This document shows positions 11,501 to 25,700 of a DNA stretch of 64,000 nt, piece after piece. This DNA is from Styela clava. Taxonomy: Eukaryota. The stretch spans positions 6,820,001 to 6,884,000 of the forward strand of contig NC_135250.1 of the NCBI RefSeq assembly GCF_964204865.1. Reading direction: 5' to 3'. The notes below the pieces were generated by a model, which had not been told where the DNA came from, did no database searches, and worked only from the letters and a program-made list of their open reading frames with translations. Positions within the stretch are counted from its first letter, which is position 1. Every line of letters begins with the position of its first letter. Position numbers and translations under genes: made by a program.

Positions 11501-14500
11501 TGAGTACTGTACAGTATCTATAAATAAAGATAGCTACATAATTATGATGCTTATCTTTGCAGATTGCTTGTGCAGGTGAACCATATATCCAGATAATGAA
11601 AAAGAAGGATGCCAGTTATTCGGAATATCTCAGGGTTGTGAATTCTTCAAACCTTGAGTCTTTCGCGTGGTATTTTAGGTAAGATAGCAGAAACTAATTG
11701 ACTAACCAGTGATGTGATACTTGAAGAACAACGAGGTTACTGTTACACAAAACTTACATCAAATTAAATTATACCTTAACCGCTTGAACCCGGCAAGCCG
11801 GTTTACCGGCTTGTTTGAGTACGCTCTGTGCCCCGGCAAGCCGGTTTACCGGCTTGTTTTTCGTGTCGGAAGGAATCAACTTTATGATCTCGTATCTCAA
11901 GAACCACAATGAGTATTTAAATAAATTTTAGATTGCATGAAAGCTTGTTATTGGGACTAATTATATTGTAAATATCGGTGCTCTAATATACGATGTTTCA
12001 GTAAAATTGGCAATTCGAAAGTGCGTATGAAATTATTGTATGATAACAAATATTTAATATAAAGAATTTCGACTTCTTGCCTAAATAGCCACATATTCAA
12101 TCGGCAATATATGTGGAGAATTTGAATAGCTTTTTATATACGTATCCAAAACGATTTTACGATGAGCCATTCAAATTTTATGGCCAAATATATTAGATTA
12201 TCTGTAGATTTAACAGCGACGCTGCGTCAAAATGATGTTCTCATTAAAGAGAGGCTACGTCTCGTCACGCACAACTTTACGTATATTACGCAAATGCAAC
12301 TAAACGTGACGATATCCGCAATGACGTTACGTCGAGATGTTGTTATTTAAATGTCCGCAGGAAGTAATTAATTAACCCGATGCTACGCATTCAAAATTCG
12401 CACTACGCTTTGACTTTGACTGCCCGCTCAAGACCCATTAAGTTGTGGTTACGTATACGCAATATGAACAAGATTGTGATTTTATTAGCAAATAACGAAA
12501 CAATAAAAACCATGAAAAATGTATGTACATAAAAGACTGCTTGCTAAAAAATTTAAATTGAATATTGCACTTTGTTGTGCCCGGAACAATGAAGAACATG
12601 AAAATATTATGCAGATAAAAGACACATTCTAAATCCAATATTGCACTTTGTTGTGCCAGTTATACCCATGGTTGTTGGTTTCGTTACCTATACATAGGTA
12701 CTCATTACAGTATTTGTACTTATATACCGTCTCGCATCGTTTCAGCAACGCTTTGTCTTTAGCAGCTGGATTGTTTTTTTGGCAATAATGTGAATTTTGC
12801 TGCATACGACGCATCTATTATTAGAACTGGCGTTTTGCGGTAGGGTATCTAGTTCTGGCGACGCATATGATCTTGTTGGAATAAGAGTTGCTCTTTCTGC
12901 ATTATTAGTTCTCTCAGATATTGATCCATCCACTTGCTTCGCCTAACATTCGTACAATCAGATATTTTGATCTGCAGAGCAGGCAAGTACTTATTTTGGT
13001 TGATATTTGAACAAATACTGATGGGCGAATAAAACATTTTCCACGTGAAATTTTATATGACGATATTAACTTCCCTTCACTTCGCTATTACTGCACGCAT
13101 TACTCGACGTCGGTACTTCAATCCATACAGGGTTAATATCATATCGAAACTCGGCGACCGATGTCCCGCTGAGAACGTCGTCGTGAAAGTTATCTCGCGC
13201 ATTTTGCCACGCAATACGTTTCGAACGTACTTATCAACATCTTCATGACGGTAGTCACGTGATCGGCTTTTGCGTAGCTGCGTAATCAGTGCGTCATGGC
13301 CGCTTATCGAAGTTGTTCACCCGACACAATGATACACAATTAAATATTTAAATATAAAATTGGTTATATGGCAGCCACAATAGTAATTCGAATATCAACA
13401 AAACGCTTATAAAAAACTCTTTATGAACATCAAATATTGGCAGTATATTTTGTACCAAAGTAACAAAATTTCAAGCCAAAACTCACATACATGCAGAAAA
13501 ATCACTGTTAGATTAGGGTCAATTTTATTAATTTTGACAAAATGTATTTCGAAATGGAAAATACATTCTGAATGCACGATAAAATTTCCTTTCGATTGAA
13601 ATGTCACACAACGTGCTACCTATAATTGGTAAAAAATTATAAGCGTGCCAAATAGCCCGTATTTAGACTTATTTTATTGTTCCACCAATACGGCGCCGCA
13701 AACCTTCAGGGTGAGCGAGTAACTTCGCTCTGAGCCGTCAGAGTTCAAAGAGTTTAAGTTGACTATTATCAATTTAGATAACATAATCAATAACTTCTAC
13801 AAGTTTTATCATAATCTATTAATATAATATCTTATCTAATAACGTACTTTTTACATTTAAAAGAACTAGGAATTATCAATCGTTTGATCTTGGTTTGGAT
13901 TCTTTAAATATGGATGAAAAATATATTCTGGAACAAGCTCGTCAACTTGACGATACTTTTGATTTGGTTCTGATAATTGAACATTTCATGGAGTCTCTAA
14001 TTTTACTAAAGGTTTGTTGTTATTCACTTAATTTGAACCATTACGAAAAATATTACATTTAGATTACGGAGATATACAATTAAAATGCTATTATTAGTCA
14101 CGAAGTGCGTACATGGATCGTTTATTGTTATTGAAAACAGTTTTTCTGCTAAAATGAACCAATCGTTTCGAAATTATCCGTAATAAAAAGTTTTTTTTAG
14201 GAGATTTTTTCCGAGTCCTTTCAAATGTCTAAAACATGCTGTTTATTTTGATTAAATTAAAACACACTATTTTCTTTTCAAGAACTTATTATGCATGACT
14301 TGGGAAGATATTATTCCACTCCACAGTAACGAAGGAAGATATAAAAAACACCTTTATACAAAGGATGAAGAGGTCATAGTTCATTCTTTGACGAACCAGG
14401 TAATATATATATGTCTGTGAAGGTTCCATTACTTACATTTGAACCCGTGTACATTTGAACCCACGTACATTTGAACCACGTACATCTGAACCCACGACAA

Positions 14501-15174
14501 TTGCACCTGCATATTATTGCATCTATGGAAATTTTTTTTGTTTTACGGATATTTGAACCCATACTAACCCTAACCCAAGGGTTTCAGCACCCGCATATAG
14601 ATTGAACCCGCGGATAAACACATGGATTCAAATGTACGTGGGTTCAAATGTACGATCACCGTCTGTGAATTACCTTCAGTTAACTCCATACTTCGTCTGG
14701 CTGGGGAAATTAATTCCCACGCACCCAAGCTCCTGAAAAGGTCCCGTACAAGTAGATGTTATGTTTCGACGATGCTATGTTTCGACGAAAATAATATTTT
14801 TTCCCCTTCAGGATCGAGTGCTCTATGACTATTTTAACAAGACACTGTGGCGGAAAATAGACGAGTATGGGCATGAGAAAATGGCCGAAGATCTGGTAGC
14901 TTTAGAAACGTATATCAAAACTGACCGGGCTGTTTCAAAAAACAAATCGAAGCATAAGAAGAAGAAAAAATCAAAGAAAAGAATTGCAGGCTTGGACACT
15001 TTGCCGGAAGTTAATACAAATGCTGTCAGTGATATGGTAAACCAAATGACCCAGGTTATCCTCGCCCAGGAAAAGTATTACACTGAATCAAAACATTTTT
15101 CATTGGGTGTTGTGCACAAAATCGCACAATATATGGCTGTCAATGAAGGATGGTGTCCGAAGCGACCTGATTGA
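8565..15174 (+). CDS. GAL3ST: Galactose-3-O-sulfotransferase family protein (type II Golgi membrane), 8 coding exons
   Basis: Exons 8565-8717, 9337-9492, 9950-10146, 10452-10548, 11563-11678, 13864-14011, 14283-14399, 14812-15174, all phase-compatible. N-terminal TM; 5'-PSB FVYLKTHKTGSTS; GGYP; GHFRFN; 3'-PB YITILRNP..FESSFHYY; RNYQSFDLG; FDLVLIIEHFMESLILLK..LCMTWEDI; DRVLYDYFNKTLWRKI. Confidence 0.93.
10707..11203. mobile_element. hAT-type MITE, decayed
   Basis: Ends tagggatg / catcctca; 8-bp flanks cggacgac / cggactac (7/8); subterminal gaatc/gattc motifs. Confidence 0.55.
11780..13753 (-). mobile_element. Internally deleted piggyBac transposon
   Basis: TTAA at 11776-11779 and 13754-13757; weak TIRs ccgcttgaaccc / actctttgaactc; two palindromic subterminal repeats at 11789-11859; transposase C-terminal relic inside. 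Right boundary is tentative. Confidence 0.55.
12629..12933 (-). pseudogene. piggyBac transposase C-terminal cysteine-rich domain, frameshifted relic
   Basis: Joining ORFs 12742-12933 and 12629-12814 across the T-run at ~12774-12780 gives RCVVCSKIHIIAKKNNPAAKDKALLKRCETVYKYKYCNEYLCIGNETNNHGYNWHNKVQYW, a decayed RCxxC..T.Y.C..C..YLC..C...H pattern. Confidence 0.7.
14422..14660. mobile_element. Foldback/Mutator-like MITE with 9-bp TSD and ~15-bp subterminal tandem repeats
   Basis: Perfect TSD gtctgtgaa (14413-14421, 14661-14669); gtacatttgaacccac repeats on the left inverted against gtgggttcaaatgtac on the right; internal ctaaccctaaccc. Confidence 0.85.
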
Positions 15175-15287
15175 TACAGAACCAGAATACAGTTGCCACA
15201 AAACTACCCTATCTGGCCAATGCTCGGCAACCTAATTCCAATGAAAACGGCGAAGCTTTTTGCCAAAACTAGAGGCCGTGATTTGTG

Positions 15288-15313
15288 ATATATATATATA
15301 TATATATATATAT
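15288..15313. repeat. (AT)n microsatellite
   Basis: Uninterrupted AT run just downstream of the GAL3ST stop codon. Confidence 0.9.
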
Positions 15314-15607
15314 GTAATTTAAAACATACCGATCTACATAAATGCGACAACACCCATTCCCATTATACGAGGTACGTAGTCCGGTTTCTAGCTGGATTAT
15401 GTTTGTGTATTCTTCATCCAAGGGTTACGAAGATGCTAAATCTTATTCGTGTCTCAATATTCATTACAGCTTTGATGCGACCGTTTAAAGGAGGTTATGA
15501 CACGATTTATTGGACGGAGGACTATCTGTGCTGCAGGTTAAAAATTATCTGTTGTGCTCAACGACAAATATACGGTTGTGCTTGAAGATTGGATCATCGG
15601 TCTAAGC

Positions 15608-16329
15608 TAGGGATGCCAACTTTGTGTTAACCATTCCGGGACACTTCAATGTCTAGAATTTGAAAATTGATACAACAGAAGCTGGCGAAACACGAAATAC
15701 AAAAAAAAGCAGTGCGAGCTGCGCTTCAATAATTGATGATCGCACGGCGTTATTTTCACAAACTTCATTTCAGGCCTGTAAATAATTTTATCATAATCAA
15801 AGAAACTTGTGAAACGTTGATTCTTTGAAGCATCAATGCAAAAAAACAGGGAAAATGCACAATTTGTGCAAAATAAATTTAATTATCTAACAAAAAATCA
15901 GTCTTTCTGGTATTTAAATTTTTTTTGTGATTTTGCCGCTTTAAATTTTTTAAAACAAGTAAATTTTTACTTCCTGCCAAAAGTTTATGTTAAAATTTGC
16001 AATCCTTACGGAAATATAATAATCGATGAACTCTCGCTAACACAAAAAGCTGTCAGCGAGTCGTCCTACGAACTGACTGAATAATATGCACTAGCAGTGC
16101 ATTATGAACTTAAAACAAGAAACACAAAACGTCGTTTCAAACCGCTACTTAATAACTAAATTCTTCAAATCTCACTGGATTGGGTTATTTAAAGTTTCCA
16201 GTTTTGAACGAAGCCCACACGCTTACAGTGACTTCTATTTTACAACGCTTTGGTTGTCAGTAAATTCCGGGACAACCTCAGCTCAGCCCGGGACGCCAGA
16301 GGTCAATTCCGGGACGGTTGGTAGCCCTA
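15608..16329. mobile_element. hAT MITE
   Basis: TIRs tagggatgccaac / gttggtagcccta; perfect 8-bp TSD gtctaagc (15600-15607, 16330-16337); subterminal ccgggac repeats at both ends. Confidence 0.9.
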
Positions 16330-19300
16330 GTCTAAGCTGGGGGTGTGCAAAAGGCGGACCGCAACCCATTTAGTGTGGTCCCTGTCAACACTCAGATTCA
16401 CCGCTTCAAGCATGAAATCCCAATCCGACAGTTTAAAGAGGCGCTTACATGGGTAAAAATACGTACTTTTGCCCGGTGCCTTTTGCTACTGGTAGAGCAA
16501 GCAATAGCCGCATTATCTTCTCTTGCCGTTGTGTATATGGAAAAACTAATTTTTGTGTGGCCCAGATAGATGTCTGAAGTTGGTTATATAAACCATTGAA
16601 ACCATCGGCTGAAATGTTGCACGCCCCTGGTATAAAGAACACACCTGCCACTTCAAAGTTGACCCGTGTTACCAGAACGTTTGATGGCACTATGTCATAT
16701 TACAACTTTATATGTTTATTCACAAAACAGTTAACAAATATTAAAAGACAAGATCCGCGACAGCGTATTCTTCACGTTATATCAGATACAAAATATGGCA
16801 TCATATCATGTCGTCATAAGCTCCATCTTTGGAATCCCCCCTCTCATCAATCATGTGAGATAGTATTGCTGGACTCGTTGTCGCAAACTTAACCCATTTA
16901 TGGTTTCGTGAGCTCAACCGTCTGAATGATATACACTGAAAACAATCCACCGCCGCGATAAAGTTGAAACAATGAATACATCCCTCAAAATTTATTTGAA
17001 GAGTAAGGCATTAAAGGCTTATCGCTACAGATAATACACTTATTTTGCACTTCACGAAATAAATACTAGCAGAAAATATAAACGATAATCGCGATATCAT
17101 TCAGTAAATAAAAAGATACTGCTATTCCATATAAATATTTTATCCCTAACGGACAATTCTCCCCTGTCAACTCCATAAATACACAGATTGTACTCAATAT
17201 TTCCAGAAGCCTACAATGTTTAACCAAACCGGAAGCAGTCATTGTGTTCATAGCAGAAAATACGCAGAAATTTATAAAATCTTTAACAGAAAACTAAAAA
17301 AGCATCAAGTTGATTAAGGACTAAGTATTCTCAGTAGACAATTAAAATAAATATTGCATACACCAAAATATCAGTCAGACTCGTTTATGAATATAAATAC
17401 ACCGTCTGGTGTAAATTTCATGGGATTTCACAGGCCAGATGCAATCAATGTTTGATACTTGTTAGACATAACTAAATAAGCATCATATAGCGGGATAAAC
17501 CATCAAACGTGAATGTACCTTTTCATTGATTGACTATAGTATTGAAGTTAATGAAGTATGGTATTCCACTCTCAAATCTCATGCATAGATCAAAATTATA
17601 CACACGCACAGCCAGAATTAGGAAACCTGCTGAATAGTCGAACCAAATAAAAATGAGAAATATAAAAATTTGTTACAATACGATGAAAATGAAATACCCA
17701 GGGGATGACTGGAAATGTGTGATCTACTTTTGGAAGGAATCCTAAAAATAATATATTATATCTGGAATTCTAAATTAGACCCCCAAAAAGGTAAGAAAAA
17801 TTCAACCGAAACCAATTCTACATTTAAATAAAGATTAATAAATTCATCATTTTAGTTGACAACCTACTCTTTTTCGTTAAAACAAAGGTTTCCAAATTTA
17901 CAATATTCTGAACGCAAATTGATTCAAAGGTATAATAACAAAATTGATCTGTATTAATTGGTTTTGGAAAGACTAATTCACACTGTTTTCAAATTTGTGT
18001 TTGATGTACAGAAAATGAATATATTTACAGCCATGGAATGTTGGTTTGCCAATGACCAATTGATTGATTCAAAGCACAACTTTAGATACTGGTTAATTGT
18101 TATATATAGAAGCATGAATTTTGAAATAAAGTAAATTTGCAGAATTTGTTCTATTTTAGTCATGGAATAGTTATGTTCACCTTATTGTAATAAAAGAAGT
18201 ACCTAACAAAATATTGCTCAAGTTTCATATTAAAGAATAATTAAGGTTATGATTCGGGTTCTAAAATACTTTTGAAATGAGAAAAAAATCACAAAAGTTC
18301 ATACCATATAGTTGTACAGTGGTATCGTGTCAAAATTTCATAACTGTACAACCCTCACATAAAAAGTGTCATTAATTTTTTCAACAAAACAAAAAATTTC
18401 TATTCGAAAAATAACAGCATTTTCTCACACAGAGAAAAGGCTGTTTTCATTCATGGACAATACTGAAGGAAAACTATATTTTAGACTTGATAAACTTCTT
18501 TTTGTATCCAATTGAAGAATTCCAACACGTTAATATAATGATGAAATGTATAAAAGTTGTAGTTCACATTGGGACCAAACAGACACTAATTTCTGGACAT
18601 GTCTTCAATTAGTTTCTAAATCTCAAAAGACATCATATTTTCCTTTGAGCTTGCATTAATGAAATATTTAAACGAAATGGACTTAATTATCTCATTATTA
18701 TAGATAAACAAGTTTCTTTTACAAAATGATACTTTTATGTGTACACGTCTTCAAAGAACAGTTTTGTTTCAATTCTGAATTGAATAATTTTTTTGGTATT
18801 TGATGCATGACCAAATATGATAATGTTTTTAAAAAGACAATATCAGAACCATACTTGATATAATGCTCAGACTACAAATATTTCAGCAGATTTTCAATAA
18901 GGTAATCAGGTACATTATCGGTTTCCCATCTTATACATAAACCATTAAAATGTGAAATGATGCTATTAACAACACAGTAATTATAATAATCTACTTCGCT
19001 GTTCACAAAGCAGAATCGTCATGGGAAAATATTGCATAAAAAAATTTACTTGGCAAGCTATAAGTAATGAGCATATTGCAAAAATTTAGAATAAGACATA
19101 CTGCAAATAATATTATTATATACAACCTTTTTTTCTCGCAGATAGAAAATAAAAGATAAACAATTAGGAAGAAAAAGAAACACTAATAATCTCATTGAAG
19201 GCAGCGATATTACACAAAAATTTGAAGACTTAATGATTACAACATTGAAGAACAAGAGAGAAAACAATGTGTTAATGTAAAATACAAGAATACATTCACA

Positions 19301-19717
19301 ATAAATACAAACGTTGAAAACACTACAAACTACCTGAGGATCCATATACTCGGAAGACTGGTATGAAAAAGTGGGTTTAAGATTAGAAAATAACAAAATT
19401 ATCCAGTCATGGAACGATGAAGAATGTTATTTTGAATAACTTATGGTGATAGAACGAACTTACAAGGAAAAAGATGCAGCTGAAGCTACAGAAATGGGCA
19501 ATTCAAAAAAAACTTTTGTCTCTGCAAGAATCGGTCAATGATTTCAAAGGGGTGCGAAAAGGATAAAAGATTAAAAACTTCTGGTCCAGAGTTCTTATTT
19601 ATTCTTTCTATATACCTAGTTGTTCAGTAATTAAAAAAATCCCTAAAATTACTAACAAATTGTGAATTTGCCACTAACGCATTTAAAAAAAATTTGAATA
19701 ACACTTGACATGTATTC

Positions 19718-22700
19718 TTATTTTAGTTTTGGACGCCATCCTTTCAGGAACATAACCATTTTCTTTTGTTGGAAAGGAGTTAATCGAAAATGTTGGGTTA
19801 AAACTTCATTCTCGATTGCACACAGTAGATGACCGTCAACTTTTTCAGCACGAAACCATTCAACGGTGTCTTCATTCATGCCAATATACCTTATAATTAA
19901 GAGAAAATAGAATAATTTTAGGGGGAAAATATACAGAGGTGGTGTAAATAAATTTTATTTGTGACATACCAGTTATTGTGTATTAGCGTTATATTCATAG
20001 ATAGTCCAAGTTATATTCAAGCTAGTCCATTACATCTAGCAACAATGTTACCATATTTACATATGTACCCAAAGTAGATTGACCGGAGATCAAAATTAGA
20101 AGCAGAAGAATATTCAGGGACTGGAAGAGGAGAGCGCCGCAATGGGCCGATACCGAAATACCGGTATAGTTGAATTGTTAGGATATACATGTGTTAAAAC
20201 TGTGATAACGACGTAACAATTGGCGTATCAAAGACGAAAAAATACAAAGCCTTAGATGGATGATAAACCACACATACCTATTATCTAAACCTGACTGATA
20301 AAATTTTTTTTGTCTATATAACAGTAATTGCCTATTGAAAGTGGCTCAGTTCTAAACTGACTGAAATTTTAACCAGCATTTAGGTAAAAGTGAAATTCGT
20401 GAGAGAATTGAAAGTAGATTTTTAAAAGAATAAAAAATTATACCTCAGTGCATCTGATACTTCGGAAACGGACATTCCAGAGAGGTCATATGGTGGAATC
20501 CAATTTCTTGGCGACTAGATAATTTGAAAAGAGAAAATTGAATAATTGTGAGATTTTTCAACTCAAAATTGAAAGTTTTAAATATGGAGCGTAAATATAT
20601 ATTGTAAAGCATGTCGAGCTAAAAAATTTTTGTTTTAAAGATGTTTGGATTTTCCAACTCTTATTGATCTAATGTTTTAAAACAGTTTGTGGAAAAAATA
20701 TCTAATATGCATAATTATTACTACTTGACCATATTAACATTGATAACTGACAGAATGGAATTTCATATACTCCGTGAGTCTCTGTCTACTGTCTTCATTA
20801 ATAATTGACGAGATTAGCTAGATTGAATGCCTTACATAAAAATTTGCTCAAAACAAGGTCATTCACACTCACTCATAAGTGAGCGGCAATCTGAGTAATA
20901 TTACGGGCGGCCAACAAAATGAAGAGCTGCTGAAACTATATAGAAATATGATGGTTACGTGCCAACCAGTTTGCATGATATTTTGACATGGCAATAAGCA
21001 GATGTAAGATCAGACTCAAACCAGTATAATTGTTCTTTATTCTTTCCAGGTGAAAATTGAATTGAAATACTGATAGTTTAACTTACTGGAACATAGTTAC
21101 AAGCAAAGGAAACATGTTGTAATGGATTGCTGTCATCACTTATAACAGAGAACTGAGAAACATGATAGAATCCTGTAAAGAAAAGTAAGTTTTATTATTT
21201 TTTACAAAAGTAATTTGTAAGGGACTTGCAACGATTTAATTTATTAGTAGAACTTACGAGTATTGAGGTAAACACATCAATACTTTGTTTAAAAAGAGAT
21301 CAATGCTCAAATATATGGACATTAAGTCAAGATTGAGGATGAAGTATTCAAGTACTGAAAATTTGAAATTGATTGGTTTATTACTTGTGGGGTTAAAAGC
21401 GAATAACAACACAGTTCATGAAATATTGGGCCCAGCAAGACTTTGTGAAAAAATTTGAAGTGATAGCCTTCTACCGATTTCATCTTTTCTAGCCTTCTAC
21501 CGATTTCATCATTTTCAAGTACTTATAATTTAATTTAAATGGCCTATCACTTGCGAAGAAAATCATTTTTAAAAACTTTAACAACGACAACAAATGTAGC
21601 AAAACGAACCATTTTATGTCCAAAAAGCTGTTACAAAATCACTTTATTTTGCATCTACAGACAATTACAGACAATCTTAACACATTTTACCATCCCGTTG
21701 ACGACCTGATTTCGAAGTGCTGGAACTGCTTGTTGATGACGTCGACGGGAATGTTGAACTTTGAGAATTTTGACTTCGATTAGGTTCATCTTCATCACTT
21801 TTTTCTGCACTTGAACTTGACCTTGTGGAAGAGATTGAAATTTCCAAGCTAGTTATTTGCGATTCGGAATCTTCAACTGCTGCCTCAGCATTTATTTCTT
21901 GCTGTTTCGCTGACTCTGCATTTATTTCCTGCTGTTTCGCTGACTCAGTATTTATTTCTTGTTGATTTGCTGACTCGGCATTAATTTCTTTTTGTGTTGA
22001 TGACACAGCATTTTCTGAATTATGTTTGGATGACTCTTCCATATTTTCATTTTTCTCTGGTATTTCAACAATTAAAGACTCTGCTTTTTGATTTTCATCT
22101 GATATTACTTTGATTGAAACTTTATTTTCCAAAAAAACAACATTTTCGTAGGGGTTCATATTGACTGAACGAGTAGGGTTCGCAATTTTGTTCCCGACGA
22201 CAGATGAAGCTTCTTTAGAAATTTCAACTGTGGGTGTCAAAACACTGACACTCTCTACTGAACTGTCTGTTTCTACTGAACCTTCTGTTTCGACTAGAGA
22301 TGGAACTGCTGATTGTGCAGATAATGTAAATTCAGGTGACACTGATCTCCTAGGAGCTTCTATAGTGCTTTCAGAAAGATGAAACACTCCATCGTTCAAT
22401 GAACTTGTTGGTACAGGGAGACCTGTTAAGTTTTCAATACATAGATTGTTAAAATCCTCTATGCAAACAAATAAATTTCAACTACTTCTTTTTCTTATTG
22501 CAAATGTTTAAAAAGTGTCTATAAGAAGTGAAGACTGAAATTATTAAAATCTTAAAATTCATCTTAAATATGTTAGAAACCTTTAAATCATTTTTAACAT
22601 AGTCTTTGAAAAAAGTTGAATTTTGCAAATATGATATAAAGTAGCCCAAAAACAAGGCGGTCTTTCAACAAACCTGTTCGTTGCTCTGTTGCATTGTTTT

Positions 22701-25700
22701 CAAACACAGAATCATTCCTCTCTATCTCCTCAATTAAACCTTTTTCTTCGCGTAATTTTTTCAAGCAACTTTCATCCAATGATTCCCAAATTCGTTCTCC
22801 AGACATATGATTAACAGTGCTATAAAATTAGGGGAAAATCATCAAATGAATTTATGCGTTATTGTAATCGTGTTATTTTTTATATAAAAGTGTACTTACT
22901 CATTAGCCAAACATTAAATAAATAAATGAAGATGAAAGATAATTATCAAAATACTGTCAACCTATATTCAGCAGTTTACTGTAATCTGTGCTAAATCGAA
23001 AAATTTGAAATAAAATAAGTCTTTACATAGGAATAGCATTTGAGCAAATTTCTTCATATTTTCTCTTATTCTAATTTGGCAAATTACCTTTCATTCATTG
23101 ATGCTGCCTTTGGTCTTTCAGGTGGATAATTAGGTGGAGGTGGGGGCGGTCTCGTTGGGAAATCATCGAAGTCTATTGGACTTAGGCTCCTTAATCTGGC
23201 TGAAAGTGGCCTTTTTGGTATTCCTGCACCATTTACTCGCAAATTGGATCCGCACCGAGAATTCCTCGGAGGTAATGGTGGAGTGACTTCTTGAGTAATT
23301 TGAGGCGGAGCAGGTAAAGGCATCGAGTGTCTTTGAGTAAGATGAGCATCAGAAGGATGACTGGATCGCCGATCAAAGTTTCTAAAACTAAGAAAAGTGC
23401 AATAAATTTAGAAAACAAATATATGGATGTTATGATGATAATGTCAGCACAGCTGTTTGTTGAATAATAGATTAGTTCAGGAAATGGACAAAAACGCCGA
23501 AGATGGAAAGTCCTAGTCCACAGTTCAGTCGAAATTTAGAATTCTTAGGCATCTGAATTTCAAAAATTTGATGGTGATTATCGAAGTTTAAAAAAAACTC
23601 CAAAAGCATTAAGTCGACTAAGCATTCTCAAAACAACATTTTTGTCAACTTTGAGCCAGAAAAAGTTTGAAAACGGTTCAGAGTTTGAAGTCAGGTATAA
23701 ATTTCAAAACCCGAAAGCCCCTTGAAAAGACTTATTATGGTAGTCAATTTTGAATAATTTGTAGAAAATGATAGAAAAAAACAAACAAAAAAAATCATAC
23801 TTGTTAGAAGTGGACAATAATGCAATCGCTGGCATTCCATTTTGAAATGACATTTGAGTGGCATTGTACTTGTAAACACGATTTGCAGCAGTTTGACTGA
23901 GAGCTTTGGGTTTGGTTGGTCGAACTACCCTTGAAATATGACTTCGTATTGATCTGTGGAATAAAAAATTACAAAATTATCTGTACACAAAAATTTCAAA
24001 AAACAAAAATGAACTGGTATCTGGACAAGAGGCCGTAGATCGCAATATGATTAAGCCGTCTTATCGGCTGTCCTCTCCCCTGGGATAAAAATGAAATGCT
24101 ATCTTATTTTTTTAATATAATTATCGGAATAAGCCTTTCCAAATGATATTTATGATTTACAGAATCCTACATAAACCTCTATCGAAATCAGTCATATTGA
24201 GTCGACCTAATAATTCAACAATAATGAAAGTAAAGTATTTCATATAATATAATCCTTATACGATAATACTTATATACTTTAATGTAAAGCCGGACATACT
24301 TTTGATAATCTTTTATATTGACTGGGGAATTCTTTATCTGACACTCCATGAGAAAACGTTGCAAAGCAGTCTGATAAGCAATTTCCTGGTCTTTGTCCTA
24401 TACAAAATAAAAGTGTTCCCATTTAATTTATTTTAGAAACATAGCATGATAGAAACATATCTGACGAGATGAATTTTTACAAGGCGAAACAGAAGAACAC
24501 TACAACCTTGTATAAGTGGGAGGTTGAGAAATATATTATATACCCAACTAACGCAAGTGCAATAGGCTTCCTTCAAGTGGAATATAAACTTGGTGAAAAT
24601 ACTTACCGTAATTCAGACAAGACAAAAAGGATAACTATCCTATTGAACTGCATCTAACAATATTAACCCAGTACCAATAAAAGATACAGAATACCTGTCT
24701 AAATTAACAAGTGAATATAAATAAAATTGAAGCAAATTTTCATTTTTTTTATTATTTGTGATCAATACAAATTACAGTTACCAAGGCTGAATACATTTAG
24801 ACAATATCGTTTCATACAGAATTAGTAAGCGCAAACATGAATTAAATCGACCTTTGTAATCCTAAAATGTATAACAATTATCTATAAATCGATATAGCTC
24901 CCATAAAAGTCTAATTTAGGTTCAAAAATAATATTTATTCCTTGATTTTTGTTTCGAGTTATACCTAAAGTGTAAATTCACAAAAAATCACACTTCACAA
25001 AATTGAATGAAACAAAATTGAAAATCATTTGGATATTAAAAATAAAAAAGTCATATTTTACCCCTCCGGTTTCCAAATGTTTCGGTAGTATAAATTCAAC
25101 ATCTTCTGCAGCAAATTCAACTACATTTTCTTGGATTGATATTCCCAGTATAACTTCATGTTCTTCAACCTGGATAGGTAAAAAATTGGAAAGATTTCAT
25201 TTTACCATTTTTTGTCAGTCTTAAATGGTTTTAATTAAAAGAAAGTGTTTTGTAAATTCGCTTTTATTTATCAAAATGTTTTGAATTCAGATGAAGTCTG
25301 TAGAATCAAAAATAAGATTGAAGGATGGAGTGACCAGATAATCGGAGACAAACATTAGCCAGACAAACATAATTCAACTACAACAAAGAAAACATCCTTT
25401 ACATTGCTGTAAAAACGGCACTCCAGAAGTATGTGTACCAATATGGAGGTAACTAATTTTGTTCGCCTACTTTACATTGAGTTGTGTAAAGGGACTGAAA
25501 CCTATGGGTAGGGGGTATATTCACTTTGCTAACACAGACAGTCCCGAACTCGTAATAGAACTAAAATAAGGAATAAAATTATGGCCTAACCCTAACCTGG
25601 TATACACACTCAGGAGTACCGAAAAAAATGTAAAATTTGGCACATATCATAGATTTGCTGTTCAATGGTTAATTCAGAATATGGTAAATTAAAATTAAAA

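Noticed and set aside
12376-13132. Nested TTAA-CCC...GGG-TTAA element inside the piggyBac relic
   Set aside because: TIR similarity beyond 3 bp is poor, and the right end falls in what looks like decayed transposase 5' sequence.
21677-22399. 240-aa Ser/Glu-rich ORF as a standalone gene
   Set aside because: It is GAREM exon 21691-22422, with in-phase splice sites on both sides.
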